Shown here piece after piece: positions 25,668 through 35,947 of a DNA stretch of 64,000 nt. Numbering within the stretch: the first letter of the stretch is position 1; every line of letters begins with the position of its first letter. The DNA lies in IMG/VR virus record IMGVR_UViG_3300036770_006330, one strand, 5' to 3'. This stretch comes from a virus. The position numbers and the translations under genes were made by a program. The notes beneath the pieces were generated by a model. That model searched no databases. It had not been told where the DNA came from and worked only from the letters and a program-made list of their open reading frames with translations.

Positions 25668-25942
25668 TCCGGTAATTTGCTCATTTGCGGCTTGAAGTAG
25701 CTGCCGTATTTTTCCCAATACAAAACAATGGATGGCTCGAGCATGTCTCGCCAGGATTCTTCGTGCGCTGAGCCAGACATAAGCCAACCCACGCCCTCAC
25801 TGGAGAGGATGGAGTGAGCAAGGCGAACTTGCTCTTGAAGTTTTTCAATCGTTTCTGCTGCTTGTGCCATGGTGCTGTAAATGTCCTCAGCCGAATCAGA
25901 CACGGTATGTGTACGCAGTCGAGAAATCAATTCAAAAGTCAT
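25664..25942 (-). CDS. Hypothetical protein
   Basis: AAGGAG RBS; AAETIEKLQ motif similar to the neighbouring gene. Confidence 0.65.
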   Translation of the reverse strand: MTFELISRLRTHTVSDSAEDIYSTMAQAAETIEKLQEQVRLAHSILSSEGVGWLMSGSAHEESWRDMLEPSIVLYWEKYGSYFKPQMSKLPE

Positions 25943-25956
25943 ATTTGCTCCTTTTG

Positions 25957-26028
25957 TGGGCGCTGAGGGTCTCGAACCCCCGACCTACTCGGTGTAAACG
26001 AGGTGCTCTACCACTGAGCTAAGCGCCC
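25957..26028 (-). tRNA. tRNA-Val(TAC)
   Basis: GGGCGCTTAGCTCAGTGGTAGAGCACCTCGTTTACACCGAGTAGGTCGGGGGTTCGAGACCCTCAGCGCCCA forms a cloverleaf. Confidence 0.92.
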
Positions 26029-26036
26029 GAAACCAA

Positions 26037-26210
26037 TTATTTCTTCTTTAGTGTTGCGCACTTCCAGCAGGTTGTGCTGAAAATTATCTCATTGTCAAGT
26101 TCAACCATGCTGATAACGCCACCAATTCGCTTGCCATCTTCGGCAATCATGGACTTATTGCAATCCGTGCACGTATTGGTGAACGTTGTCTTTGTCTCTT
26201 CGCGCGTCAT
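26037..26210 (-). CDS. 57-aa Zn-ribbon protein (below the ORF-track cutoff)
   Basis: Translated by hand: MTREETK..CTDC...CWKCATLKKK; GAGG RBS. Confidence 0.55.
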   Translation of the reverse strand: MTREETKTTFTNTCTDCNKSMIAEDGKRIGGVISMVELDNEIIFSTTCWKCATLKKK

Positions 26211-26218
26211 TTTTCCTC

Positions 26219-26401
26219 TCAGAATCCAGCTACTCGCTTCTCGAATTCACGAATGTTGAACTTTGGGTTTTGCTCTTGAATTCCCAATGCTACTGCACGG
26301 ACAACTTTCATGATGACGGCATATTTTGCTGGGTCATCGTGGTTGTCGCGTGCCATGTCCTTGAGGTGGCGCACCAACGAATTGATGTCGCGGTTGAGCA
26401 C
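26219..26401 (-). CDS. Hypothetical protein
   Basis: Coupled to the upstream ORF. Confidence 0.55.
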   Translation of the reverse strand: MLNRDINSLVRHLKDMARDNHDDPAKYAVIMKVVRAVALGIQEQNPKFNIREFEKRVAGF

Positions 26402-26640
26402 TAGTTCTGCTCGTCGGTGGTCTTCAACTCGGCAAGCTCGCGCTGGTAGAGGTCGTCAAACTCGTCTTTGTAGGTTTTCTGGAGGATGATGGAGGCGCGG
26501 CGGCGCGCTTCCTGACGCTGGCGGTTGGCAATCTTTGCCTTCTCTTCGCGCTCCTTCACTTCTTGCTTCGACAGCTTCTTCTTGCTGCGTCCACGGCTGA
26601 TGATTCCAGCCGCTTTCATTTGCTCATACTTGCTAGTCAT
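26401..26640 (-). CDS. Basic helical hypothetical protein
   Basis: AAGGA RBS, promoter-like sequence upstream, GC3-rich codons. Confidence 0.7.
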   Translation of the reverse strand: MTSKYEQMKAAGIISRGRSKKKLSKQEVKEREEKAKIANRQRQEARRRASIILQKTYKDEFDDLYQRELAELKTTDEQN

Positions 26641-26836
26641 GGGTATTCCTTTCGGTAGGTGTGTTATCTAGCAGTAGACAACCTAGCCAGTGGCTACGAG
26701 GATTGCAACTTTTTCTGGATAAATTTATTTCGAACGGTAGCCCTGATATTTATTGGGTTTTAGCCCTATTGTGACGAACGGCACTCTTAATCACTGACTT
26801 GTCTAATCGCAAAATGCCAGATAAATTTAAACAGAC

Positions 26837-27301
26837 ATGAGCAAGCACTTCGATATTCCAGGCCGGGTCTTTGACTTTCCTGCCGATTTGGCCTATGGTG
26901 AGCAAGGGGAAGAACTGGTTCGCCAGTTCCTATCAAGCATCTCCGGTGCCGACTTCGAAGTAAAAAGCGACCGCTACCGCAACGGCCGAATGGTCGTAGA
27001 AACAGACCAGAATCCAAAGGCCGCAAAAGACTCAACTGGCGCTCCGCTGTGGTTCAAAAGCGGTATCAATGTCACAACGGCTAAATGGTGGGTGTATATC
27101 TACTCACCAGAAGGCGCATTCGTCGTAGTGGATGTACAGCGCCTGAAGCGCTACTTGCGAGCCAACTCCCACCGCTTCAATGAGGGTACGAAGATTTCCC
27201 TCGGCGGCGCAGATAATCCAGCCAGAGGATTTCTGCTCATGCCAGAAGATGTGATGGAAATGCTCTACGACAAACAATACGACAAAAAGGAAACACAATG
27301 A
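26837..27301 (+). CDS. PD-(D/E)xK nuclease-like protein
   Basis: GEQGEELV...FEVKSD..GRMVVE...SGINVTTAKWW. Confidence 0.6.
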   Translation: MSKHFDIPGRVFDFPADLAYGEQGEELVRQFLSSISGADFEVKSDRYRNGRMVVETDQNPKAAKDSTGAPLWFKSGINVTTAKWWVYIYSPEGAFVVVDVQRLKRYLRANSHRFNEGTKISLGGADNPARGFLLMPEDVMEMLYDKQYDKKETQ

Positions 27302-27549
27302 CAAACGACGAAGCACTCCGCAAGTACCTAGGAATCGGGTTCGAAGACCTCGATGCACAAAAAGTCACCCAATGTCTGGTTGACGCATTCGTTTACCACG
27401 AAGGAATGGCAGACCTCTCGCTAAACACCATCAATAACAAATCGGCGAGTCCGGCAAGCACTGGCATTCTCTGGGATGCCTTCGAAACCAATAACGCACT
27501 TGCCTATGCCATGCGTGACATCTTGCTCAAGGGTTCAGAGAAGGAATAA
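27298..27549 (+). CDS. Hypothetical protein
   Basis: ATGA coupling and AAGGA RBS. Confidence 0.6.
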   Translation: MTNDEALRKYLGIGFEDLDAQKVTQCLVDAFVYHEGMADLSLNTINNKSASPASTGILWDAFETNNALAYAMRDILLKGSEKE

Positions 27550-27767
27550 TGGCCTTTTCGCCGAATCCCAAACGGGTAAATGTCACGATTCGCAATGTGC
27601 TGAATTGGTTCAAAGACGGCGAACGCTGCGTCATGCATAACAACGTCATCCCGCTTCAAGTAACTCGAATAAATCTATCCGAGGGCGACCTCGACGATTT
27701 AATTTTGCGGGGTGGGGGCAAGTATCCGCTCAACGGCGGCAATGACGTCATGCACGACAAACAGTAA
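27549..27767 (+). CDS. Hypothetical protein
   Basis: TAATG coupling; tail overlaps the convergent gene. Confidence 0.45.
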   Translation: MAFSPNPKRVNVTIRNVLNWFKDGERCVMHNNVIPLQVTRINLSEGDLDDLILRGGGKYPLNGGNDVMHDKQ

Positions 27768-28199
27768 GTCCTCGAAGAACAATTCCGGACTGCCGGATTT
27801 CCCGGCGCGGCTTGAATAAAAACTCTCGTAAGGCAAAGGTGGATTATCCCCAGAGTGGTGAGCACAGGCAGTAAAGAACCAACGACGGTCATCTTGTCGC
27901 AATCGCCCAGGGGCACCACACTTTTCACAAATAAACATCGAGGCAGTAGAAAAGCGAAGCACCACCTGGTCCAACTCTACCTGTTTGTTCTCATCTGAAG
28001 CGGAAAGATATACACGAAGTGCACCAAACTTCTCCTTCACCTGATAGAGACGATAATTCTCGTCAATCGAACACAGACGAAAGTGAAGAGCGAGCAGCAA
28101 TCCTGTCCAGCCCTCACCAACGGAAAGTACCGGAGGCCAAGGGTCAACAAAGCGTGACCTCATCTCGACGATGTCGGGGGATTCTGTAAAGCGACTCAT
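27699..28199 (-). CDS. Conserved phage hypothetical protein (QVKEKFGxLR...CExCG family)
   Basis: GEGW..L, YQVKEKFGALRVY, ICEKCGAPG, TAC..H. Confidence 0.7.
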   Translation of the reverse strand: MSRFTESPDIVEMRSRFVDPWPPVLSVGEGWTGLLLALHFRLCSIDENYRLYQVKEKFGALRVYLSASDENKQVELDQVVLRFSTASMFICEKCGAPGRLRQDDRRWFFTACAHHSGDNPPLPYESFYSSRAGKSGSPELFFEDLLFVVHDVIAAVERILAPTPQN

Positions 28200-28455
28200 T
28201 CCAGCAGCATATCGGATAAATCTATCCGGGAAATGATGGGTGAAAAATTCTTCTCCCGTCCCCCCACCCCCACCGGGGTACGCGGAAAAGTTTGGTATCG
28301 GGACTCGCGAGACCAGAACAGGCGCCCCACCCTCGACTAATTAATTTGCTGCTTTACACAATTCAAATCAGCCCAATCAAAACGCAATCTGCAATAGCGT
28401 TACTACTCGTCTGTTTTTATACAAACGTCAAAGTGTTTCTCTTCCTTGACAATCG

Positions 28456-29127
28456 TTAATCAAAGAGCTGACAGAAGAACCCCGCATTGTAGAGACCTGT
28501 GCTCAGAGTCTCATAATATGTCGCAGCGTCAAATATGTCGTTATCAGGCTCAGGCTCAATTGTCGTCAGCACTCTGTGAAACATGTTTGGATACATGCCG
28601 TTCTGGTCGCGCACCATAGATGAACCCGGATGATATTGCTCGTCATCCCACACCACTGCTCGTGGCACGTCATAGTGGTAAGGCTTAATCACGAACGTGA
28701 CATAACCGTCTTCCACGTGAGCCACAGTTAGGCATTCACTTACGCCACTATTGGGGTCAAGGAACGCATGCTTGAGCTCCATACCTTTGGTCTTCTCAGG
28801 GTCCTGACTGAAGTACCCCTCTGATATCAGCGTGACTGCATCGATGCCCCAACCCTTACGGGTGACAGCGAGAGCATCTGTCACCGCACTGAACCTATCT
28901 CTTTGGTTCAGCTTCTGTATGTCGTTCCTCAACTGGAGCATCACCCTGAGCCTGTTTGCACGCCATAGGAACAGGTTCATCGACAGGTCCTCGCCTATGC
29001 CGAACTCTTTGACGCTGTCGTTCTTGGCCTCGACGCCTGACATCAAGGCGAGCCCTATCTTGTCAAGACGATTATCGAAATCAGATAACTGCACACCCAA
29101 ACATACCAAAGCATTAGCTTCCGCCAT
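28456..29127 (-). CDS. Hypothetical protein
   Basis: 223-aa ORF with globular composition. Confidence 0.65.
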   Translation of the reverse strand: MAEANALVCLGVQLSDFDNRLDKIGLALMSGVEAKNDSVKEFGIGEDLSMNLFLWRANRLRVMLQLRNDIQKLNQRDRFSAVTDALAVTRKGWGIDAVTLISEGYFSQDPEKTKGMELKHAFLDPNSGVSECLTVAHVEDGYVTFVIKPYHYDVPRAVVWDDEQYHPGSSMVRDQNGMYPNMFHRVLTTIEPEPDNDIFDAATYYETLSTGLYNAGFFCQLFD

Positions 29128-29158
29128 AAGTGCCTACGGGTGTACTAGCGTCTTCTAC

Positions 29159-29395
29159 ATGACAGCAAAGAAGCCAACCAAGAAAACAACCAAGAAGACA
29201 GCGCCGAAGAAGAAGGCGCCAGCAAAGAAGGCTGCTCCCAAGAGCAAGCCGAAGGCTGAAGCAGTAGTCAATGAAAAGCTTGCAACACTGGCAACGCCAG
29301 TTGTCGAAGAGCCAAAGCATGGCACTGTGATTTACGCCGCAGACGTAAAGAAGCCTTCTACCAAGAAGAAGTTCTTTGCCTGGTTCCGACGTTAA
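29159..29395 (+). CDS. Histone H1-like Lys/Ala-rich protein
   Basis: MTAKKPTKKTTKKTAPKKKAPAKKAAPK repeats. Confidence 0.7.
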   Translation: MTAKKPTKKTTKKTAPKKKAPAKKAAPKSKPKAEAVVNEKLATLATPVVEEPKHGTVIYAADVKKPSTKKKFFAWFRR

Positions 29396-29739
29396 TCTTC
29401 GTCGTCAGGAATTTCGTGCTTTAGCTTGTCGCGAGCGGCAAGCAAGTAAATCGCATTCTCGCCAAGTGGCGTAATGCGCCAAGCACCCTCATATACCTCT
29501 TGAGCGAATCCACGCTTTGTGAGAGTCTTGAGAATTCGACCAGCCTCGACTGGACCCTTGAAGAATGCAGGAAACATCTTGCGTGTCTGTAAAGCCGTTA
29601 CGGGCTTACCTCGCATCATCTTTAGGTAGCAGAGCACAGAGCGTGTTGATGATGGCCCACGCTTCATGAAGGAGATGCTTGAGTACTCCTTCCACTTGGA
29701 GGGGTCCTTGATTACGTACACTCGCTTAGTTGCTGGCAT
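29392..29739 (-). CDS. Probable winged-helix protein
   Basis: ILKTLTKRGF...WRITPLGE wing signature. Confidence 0.55.
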   Translation of the reverse strand: MPATKRVYVIKDPSKWKEYSSISFMKRGPSSTRSVLCYLKMMRGKPVTALQTRKMFPAFFKGPVEAGRILKTLTKRGFAQEVYEGAWRITPLGENAIYLLAARDKLKHEIPDDED

Positions 29740-29792
29740 GTATTGCAGCATATCGACAGCACACATGTTTTCCACAGGTGTAAAATAGTTAT

Positions 29793-30110
29793 ATGTCTGA
29801 TGCCTTTTATACAAATGACAGAGTATTTGGCGACATCCCAATACTTCGAGCAGACAGAGAACCCTGCCTCGTCTGTGGACATCCTACGGGTGACTGTACG
29901 CCAGATGACCACAATCCACAAGATATTCACATTGACCTATCTGACAGCAGACTCGAGTCGCTGAAAAATGAAAAACTCATCTATGTTGACGAAACTATTT
30001 ACGGCGAACGACAGATAACTCCGTTTACTACTGCTAAGGTAATCCTTGCGAGAGCAGGAACGTACGTCACAGTTGACAAAGCAAGGGAACTTGGCATAAA
30101 AGTCAACTAG
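29793..30110 (+). CDS. Hypothetical protein (CxxCGH..GDC)
   Basis: Lies just downstream of a TAAAAT -10 element; probably leaderless. Confidence 0.65.
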   Translation: MSDAFYTNDRVFGDIPILRADREPCLVCGHPTGDCTPDDHNPQDIHIDLSDSRLESLKNEKLIYVDETIYGERQITPFTTAKVILARAGTYVTVDKARELGIKVN

Positions 30111-30177
30111 ACGCATCACTTTTGCGTCTCGTGTAAAATTGAAGTTTCCATCCAAGTCCTACAGAAAGAATAAAGAC

Positions 30178-32103
30178 ATGTCTTTGTTGACCCCAGAATT
30201 CATCGATACATACAAGAGCAAGACGTCACCTTGGGGTTTTGGTGGACTCGGAGAAGTTGTCTACCTGCGCACATACAGTCGACCAATCGAAGAGCTTGGT
30301 CGCAACGAGACTTGGACCGAAACCATCACACGGGCTATCAATGGCGCAGTCGAGATTGGCACGCCACTCACGCAAGACGAAGCAGAGAAGCTCTTCGACC
30401 ATATGTTCAATCTGCGCTGTTCCCTCTCTGGTCGTGCGCTCTGGCAGCTCGGCACGCCACTGGTGAAGAAGTTCAACGCAACGTCACTGAACAACTGCTA
30501 CTTCACGAACATCGAATCAATCGAAGACTTCGAGTTGTTGTTCGAATATCTCATGCTTGGTGGAGGAGTTGGCTTTTCTGTGGAGCGCTCCAAGATTCAT
30601 GAACTTCCAAAGGTAAAGACTGGCGTCAGCATCACGCACGAACGCTCCAATGACGCAGACATCATCGTTCCAGACTCACGTCAAGGTTGGAAGCGCCTCC
30701 TGCACGCAGTGTTGAAGTCATATTTCGACACGGGTAAGTCTTTCTCGTACTCCACGATTCTCATCCGTGAATTCGGCGCACCACTCAAGACATTCGGTGG
30801 CACAGCATCCGGACCAGGCGCACTGATTGATGGAATCGCAGATATCTGCAAGGTCATGCAGAATCGCGAAGGCAAGAAGCTCCGCTCAGTCGACGTACTC
30901 GACATCTGCAACATCATCGGCCGCATCGTCGTATCAGGCTCATCACGCCGCTCGGCACAGATAGCAATCGGCGACCCAGACGACGTTCTTTTCATCCGTG
31001 CCAAGAATTGGTCTACGGGTACCATCCCAGCATGGCGTGCCAACTCCAACAACAGCATCTATGCCGATGCCTATGAGGAAATCATGCCAGAACTCTGGAA
31101 GGGATATGACGGCTCAGGTGAACCGTATGGTCTCGTCAACCGCAAGCTGGCTCGCTCCTACGGTCGTCTTGGAGAGCGTGCAGTCGACAACTCAATCGAA
31201 GGCTTCAACCCATGTGCAGAGATTGGTCTTGCGGACGGAGAGTCGTGCAACCTTTCGACCATCTTCCTGCCAAACGTAGAGTCGCTTGCTCAGTTGAAGG
31301 AAATCTCAACACTGCTCTACAAGGTCCAGAAGCAAATCACACGCCTCGAATACCCATATGCCAAGACGACAGAAATCGTGCGCAAGAACGCCCGACTCGG
31401 TCAAAGCATCACGGGTGTCCTCCAAGTGTCTGAGGAAAAGGTCGCCTGGCTCGATGAGGCGTACAAGCACCTCAAGGCCTACGACGAGGCGTACTCACAG
31501 GAGCGTGGGTGGCCAGCATCGGTCCGCCTGACGACCGTACAGCCCTCAGGAACGCTCTCATTGCTCCCTGGCGTGACTCCAGGCATCCACCCAGGTTATG
31601 CCCGCTTCTACATCCGACGGGTGCGTTTTGGCGCCTCTGACCCGCTTGTAGAGGCATGCCGCAAGCGTGGCTACAAGGTCCAGTGGGACATCGGTATTGA
31701 CGGCCGCGAAGACCACACTCGCTACGTCGTCGACTTCCCATGCACGTCGCCAGATGGCGCGGTTCTTGCAGCAAACATGACTGCTGTCGAGCAGCTTGAG
31801 TGGGTCAAGAAAATGCAGACCGTATGGGCAGACAATGCCGTATCGGTCACCGTCTACTATCGCAAGGAAGAGTTGCCAGCAATCCAGGAATGGCTGTCAA
31901 AGAACTACGACAAGGGCGTCAAGTCCGTGTCATTCCTCCTGCACAGCGACCACAACTTCCCGCTTCCCCCATACGAGGAAATCACGGAGGACCAGTACGA
32001 GAAGCTCCTGAGCAAGGTCGACTTCACTGTGCCGCTTCAGACCTTCACGGGTGAGATGCTCGACCTGGATAACTGCGCAACAGGCGCCTGCCCGGTACGC
32101 TGA
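30178..32103 (+). CDS. nrdJ: Class II (B12-dependent) ribonucleotide reductase, monomeric type
   Basis: YLRTYSR, SLNNC, LMLGGGVG, RRSAQI, NPCAEI, TTVQPSGT, C-terminal CATGACP; no beta subunit adjacent. Confidence 0.93.
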   Translation: MSLLTPEFIDTYKSKTSPWGFGGLGEVVYLRTYSRPIEELGRNETWTETITRAINGAVEIGTPLTQDEAEKLFDHMFNLRCSLSGRALWQLGTPLVKKFNATSLNNCYFTNIESIEDFELLFEYLMLGGGVGFSVERSKIHELPKVKTGVSITHERSNDADIIVPDSRQGWKRLLHAVLKSYFDTGKSFSYSTILIREFGAPLKTFGGTASGPGALIDGIADICKVMQNREGKKLRSVDVLDICNIIGRIVVSGSSRRSAQIAIGDPDDVLFIRAKNWSTGTIPAWRANSNNSIYADAYEEIMPELWKGYDGSGEPYGLVNRKLARSYGRLGERAVDNSIEGFNPCAEIGLADGESCNLSTIFLPNVESLAQLKEISTLLYKVQKQITRLEYPYAKTTEIVRKNARLGQSITGVLQVSEEKVAWLDEAYKHLKAYDEAYSQERGWPASVRLTTVQPSGTLSLLPGVTPGIHPGYARFYIRRVRFGASDPLVEACRKRGYKVQWDIGIDGREDHTRYVVDFPCTSPDGAVLAANMTAVEQLEWVKKMQTVWADNAVSVTVYYRKEELPAIQEWLSKNYDKGVKSVSFLLHSDHNFPLPPYEEITEDQYEKLLSKVDFTVPLQTFTGEMLDLDNCATGACPVR

Positions 32104-32108
32104 TAGTT

Positions 32109-32426
32109 ATGGTTGAGGACGTAACGACAGAAGCCTTTCCGGCCTTCATCGAGAGCGACAAGCCAGTTGTCATCGACTTCTGGGCGCCATGGTGTAGCCC
32201 GTGCAAAGCCATGAAGCCAGAGTATGAGGCATTCGCAGAGGCCCACGGGCAACACTTCAAGGTTGGCAAAGTCAACATTGAGGACTACCCAGAGATTGCT
32301 CAGGTCTACAGCCTCTATAGCGTGCCGACAATCGTTCTATTCGAGAATGGGGAGCCCGCAAAGACAATTGTCGGAGCACGCAGTGCAAGCCAACTCGAAA
32401 AGGACCTTTCGAACTGGATTAAGTAA
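32109..32426 (+). CDS. trxA: Thioredoxin
   Basis: DFWAPWCSPCK and SVPT; directly after nrdJ. Confidence 0.92.
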   Translation: MVEDVTTEAFPAFIESDKPVVIDFWAPWCSPCKAMKPEYEAFAEAHGQHFKVGKVNIEDYPEIAQVYSLYSVPTIVLFENGEPAKTIVGARSASQLEKDLSNWIK

Positions 32427-32507
32427 TGCGCGTCTACATGTATGTAGCAGGCATTATCATCGGCCTAGCGCATGGAGTCTTTATTGGACTGCTGATTGCT
32501 CAGCGCA

Positions 32508-33278
32508 CTAAAAGTCGGCGTGAGACTGAATAAAGTTCATCAATCGTTCAGCAGTCGTATCGCCTTCATATACGGGCGAACTACGTAGGAACCGAATGAA
32601 CGAATACCAATCCTTCTGCTGGTCAGGATTGTCGAATACCAAGGTGTATTGAACCACTGCCTGCCCGGTTGACGCAGCGCCAACAGCAGCACTGCCACGG
32701 GTGACGGCATCAACGGAGTTAACTCCCTCTTTCGCGGTCAGCTTTGTCTCGCCATCGTCGCTCTTGGTTACATCCACCTTTTCGAGGTCAACTGAACCAA
32801 CAAACGGCGGGGGCACATAGCCGTTTTCAAGCTCGTCTGTGTCGTCGTCAGAGTTTCTGTCTGCCCATTCATCAAGCGCAGCCATCTCAAACTCGTCCCA
32901 CTTGAGCTCGGTCAACAACTCTGAATACTCAGTGCTGATTTGTGACAGCAGGTCAATCACCTGAGCCTGCTCTGAATGTCCCAATTCCATCGTGCGATTG
33001 TCTGCGAGCGCAAATGCCACCGCCCTGTCGTCATCCGCATCAAGAACCACAGCGGCTATTTCTGTCCAGCCAAGCTTCTTGGCTGCCTCAACTTGGTGGT
33101 TGCCGGCTATCACCGTGAAAGTTCCATCCTCGTTGTCTTTAACGACGATTGGCTTTACTTGCCCAAACTCTGCGTATGACGCAGCTATTGCGTCAATATC
33201 ACCCCTGCGCGGGTTGTTGTCTAATGGCACCAACGATTCAATCGATTTAGCCAGTTTCTTTATTGATTGGTGAATCAC
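32508..33278 (-). CDS. ParB/Srx-like N-terminal domain protein
   Basis: NPRRGD, GQVKPIVV, VIAGNHQ..A, ALADNR. Confidence 0.85.
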   Translation of the reverse strand: MIHQSIKKLAKSIESLVPLDNNPRRGDIDAIAASYAEFGQVKPIVVKDNEDGTFTVIAGNHQVEAAKKLGWTEIAAVVLDADDDRAVAFALADNRTMELGHSEQAQVIDLLSQISTEYSELLTELKWDEFEMAALDEWADRNSDDDTDELENGYVPPPFVGSVDLEKVDVTKSDDGETKLTAKEGVNSVDAVTRGSAAVGAASTGQAVVQYTLVFDNPDQQKDWYSFIRFLRSSPVYEGDTTAERLMNFIQSHADF

Positions 33279-33910
33279 TCTTCAGACTCTAGTTCAATGC
33301 CATCTTCAGCCGTTGGAAGCTCTCCCAGTGGCTGTGGCTCCAATTCTCCTGCTTTGCCGAGGATGCCATCAATATATTCCTTAGTGAGAACACCAGAGTC
33401 GCCCATAATCGCCAGCAGCTTGCGGGCTTCTGCCTCCGGGGAGAACTGGTCCTCAACAGACCTTGGTAGCGCACCAGCCAACGTAGAACGTATTGCGGGT
33501 GACTGAGAGACGTCCATCTGAACATTGATGTTGCTCTGCTCCATGCCGAGCAATTTGGAACGCCTATCGATGATTGAGAGCAGCGTTTGAACAGCCTTAA
33601 GGTCTGGTTCTACCTGAATCTCTGTTCCGTCATCGGCCTTTATCTTTCGATACTGCGTCAAGGGCCAGATTGCTTGCTGCAACGCGTCAAGGCGCTCCAG
33701 CTCCATGCGGAGGACCTCTGGGTATGCCAAAAGGGCTTCCTTGTTCATCTTCTCAAGCTGCCGGCGTACGGAACTGCCGACAGCGTTGGTCGTCATGCCG
33801 AATCTTCGGGCAATTTCATTAGTTGGTACGCCAGCCTGGCGCATCTTAAATATGCGCAGGTCTCTTTCAGCCAGGAACTCTCTGCTTACTGGCTGATTGT
33901 TTTTCGGCAT
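33275..33910 (-). CDS. HTH protein, terminase-small-subunit-like
   Basis: N-terminal HTH (RQAGVPTNEIARRFG), ELERLDAL, IIDRRSKLLG. Confidence 0.6.
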   Translation of the reverse strand: MPKNNQPVSREFLAERDLRIFKMRQAGVPTNEIARRFGMTTNAVGSSVRRQLEKMNKEALLAYPEVLRMELERLDALQQAIWPLTQYRKIKADDGTEIQVEPDLKAVQTLLSIIDRRSKLLGMEQSNINVQMDVSQSPAIRSTLAGALPRSVEDQFSPEAEARKLLAIMGDSGVLTKEYIDGILGKAGELEPQPLGELPTAEDGIELESEE

Positions 33911-33915
33911 ACTCT

Positions 33916-35658
33916 TTACTCCTTCATAAATTCTATAACCTCAAACGGCAGTCGCAGGCTACGCTTCATCTTTACTGGCCACGCGCGCTTGTCACGCGCT
34001 CCACGGAAGTGGCGCACATCGTAGACGTATCCCTCTGGATTCAGCGGGTCAGGAGTGATGGAGATTCCGAACTCTGGCCAGCGCGACCATACCGAGGAGC
34101 CAAACGGACGAAGTTCGCGGGTAGTCATGGAGGACCCAAGTGGGGCATGGTGCTCGAGCCAGAGAGCACACTCAAAGACGTCACGAATGCGGTCCAGAAA
34201 CTTAGCAACCTCGATTGCCAGTGCCTCGCTCGTGCGACTTCCATTATCGACATACGACTTATACAGCGGACCCATGCAAATAAGCTGCGGGCGAATCTGC
34301 TCACACAGCTGCTCAATGAATAGTCGGTCTTTGGTTGAGGTCAGGTCAAGGCCAGACGGATGGATATGCAGGTGGGCATCAACCGTCTTGGCATGCGACA
34401 TGCGGATTGCGTTCTCCATGATGCTGCGAGAAGTGCGACGAATGATACGTGCAGGGTTTTCAAGGTCGATTGTCAATGTGCGTATTGGGGCCATCGGCTG
34501 GAAGGTAAAGGGATGCAACCCAGCAGCAGATGCGATTGCCACCTGACGTGCGAGCATTGTCTTGCCCACACCCTCAGCGGCCACGACTATGACGCGCTCT
34601 TGCTTTTCAAGGAGACCAGGAATAACCCACTCATATGTGTCGTTATCAGCTTCGAGCAAGAACTCCTGCCAGTTGACAGTTCGTCCATAGTCTTCGAATG
34701 ACGTGGCGCTGAAGTTATTTAGCGCGAATGAAATTCGGTTCAGCTTCTGCTCAAACTCCATCCCATCGCGGTCGAGAATCTTGGTTATTTCTGCAAGTAA
34801 GTCATCTTCAACAGTCGGACCCTCATCATCTTGAATATCCTCAATGATGACCGACTCTGGCATGTCGCCATCTGTGAGCTCAACGATGCTTGCCTCTTCA
34901 ATCTCATGTCCAGCCTGAATGTGGTCGTAGGCGTCTTTGGAATACTTCGAAACCCACGCAGTCGCCCCAATGCCGGCGGCGCGCAATTCGTCACGAACAC
35001 TAAAAGCATGCACTTTGCCCACATCGTCGTTATCGGCAAGGATGTGCACATGGGAGGCGCCAGAAAGAGTCAGCGTGTACGACGGGTCCCAGCTATTGGC
35101 TCCATTGGTCATCGTCGTCGCTGGGATGCCGTAACGCTCGTAGATGATGTCAGCGTCTTTCTCGCCCTCAACCAGCCAAATATCCTCACCGGCGGCAATG
35201 GACTTGATTAGTTCTGGCAGTCGATACAAAACCTTGCGGGTGTCTTTGAGGTTATATATGTAGTTGCCTGGGGTCGTCGGGTCAGGGCGACGATGAGAAA
35301 ACGATTTGGAACCATCCTCGAGGCGATAGCGAAGCTTTTCGTACAGCAGGTTGCCATCTTCGTCACGATATTGATACGTCTTAACAAGCTTCTTATTCTT
35401 CTTCTTGTCGCGTGGCTCTTCGGTGCGCTTAAAACCGTCTTTTGCCAGATTGAGACCAACAGACTGGAATATCTTCTCTGCATCACACATCCCACGATGG
35501 CAATACACCATGCACTCGCCCTCTTTGCCGCGGCTGACAGCCAGCGACGGGTTGTGGTCATCATCGCGGCATGGGCACGACGCCATCCACTGATTGTCGT
35601 CAATCTTTTTGACGCTGTGAAGGCGCGCCAGCAGATTATCTACTGGGTCAGTCTGCAT
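33916..35658 (-). CDS. Primase-helicase (Zn-binding, TOPRIM and RecA-like AAA_25 domains)
   Basis: CPC.DD.NPSL..CH..C; LVEGEKDAD and LADNDDVG; AAEGVGKT, DLEN, LEHH, GSS. Confidence 0.9.
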   Translation of the reverse strand: MQTDPVDNLLARLHSVKKIDDNQWMASCPCRDDDHNPSLAVSRGKEGECMVYCHRGMCDAEKIFQSVGLNLAKDGFKRTEEPRDKKKNKKLVKTYQYRDEDGNLLYEKLRYRLEDGSKSFSHRRPDPTTPGNYIYNLKDTRKVLYRLPELIKSIAAGEDIWLVEGEKDADIIYERYGIPATTMTNGANSWDPSYTLTLSGASHVHILADNDDVGKVHAFSVRDELRAAGIGATAWVSKYSKDAYDHIQAGHEIEEASIVELTDGDMPESVIIEDIQDDEGPTVEDDLLAEITKILDRDGMEFEQKLNRISFALNNFSATSFEDYGRTVNWQEFLLEADNDTYEWVIPGLLEKQERVIVVAAEGVGKTMLARQVAIASAAGLHPFTFQPMAPIRTLTIDLENPARIIRRTSRSIMENAIRMSHAKTVDAHLHIHPSGLDLTSTKDRLFIEQLCEQIRPQLICMGPLYKSYVDNGSRTSEALAIEVAKFLDRIRDVFECALWLEHHAPLGSSMTTRELRPFGSSVWSRWPEFGISITPDPLNPEGYVYDVRHFRGARDKRAWPVKMKRSLRLPFEVIEFMKE

Positions 35659-35947
35659 TGCCGCCGACCTTGACCTTTCGACGTAGGCGTTTGCGCATGT
35701 TGGGAGTCGTGCCTCCCCAGATTCCTTGCAGGCTCGGATACTGCACAGCAAAAGCTAGGCACGCTTCTTTCGCATGACAGTTCTCGCATATCTCTCGCGC
35801 GCGCGCGATTTGAATCTTCACCTGTCGGTCTTGTCGCAGCGGCGGGAACCACCAGTCAGTTGGCATGCCACGACAGTCGCCCTGAAAGTCGGGCACTGGA
35901 ATTGGTTCTGGCAAGAAGTATTTCTGGAAGTTTGGCTCTACTGACAT
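35648..35947 (-). CDS. whiB: WhiB-family Fe-S transcription factor
   Basis: C...WWFP...ICENC..KEAC...GIWGGTT..R..LRR. Confidence 0.92.
   Translation of the reverse strand: MSVEPNFQKYFLPEPIPVPDFQGDCRGMPTDWWFPPLRQDRQVKIQIARAREICENCHAKEACLAFAVQYPSLQGIWGGTTPNMRKRLRRKVKVGGNAD

Noticed and set aside
28200-28455. Non-coding gap with a C-run and an AT-rich part as a replication origin or genome terminus
   Set aside because: No iterons or diagnostic repeats are visible, so there is no support from sequence alone.
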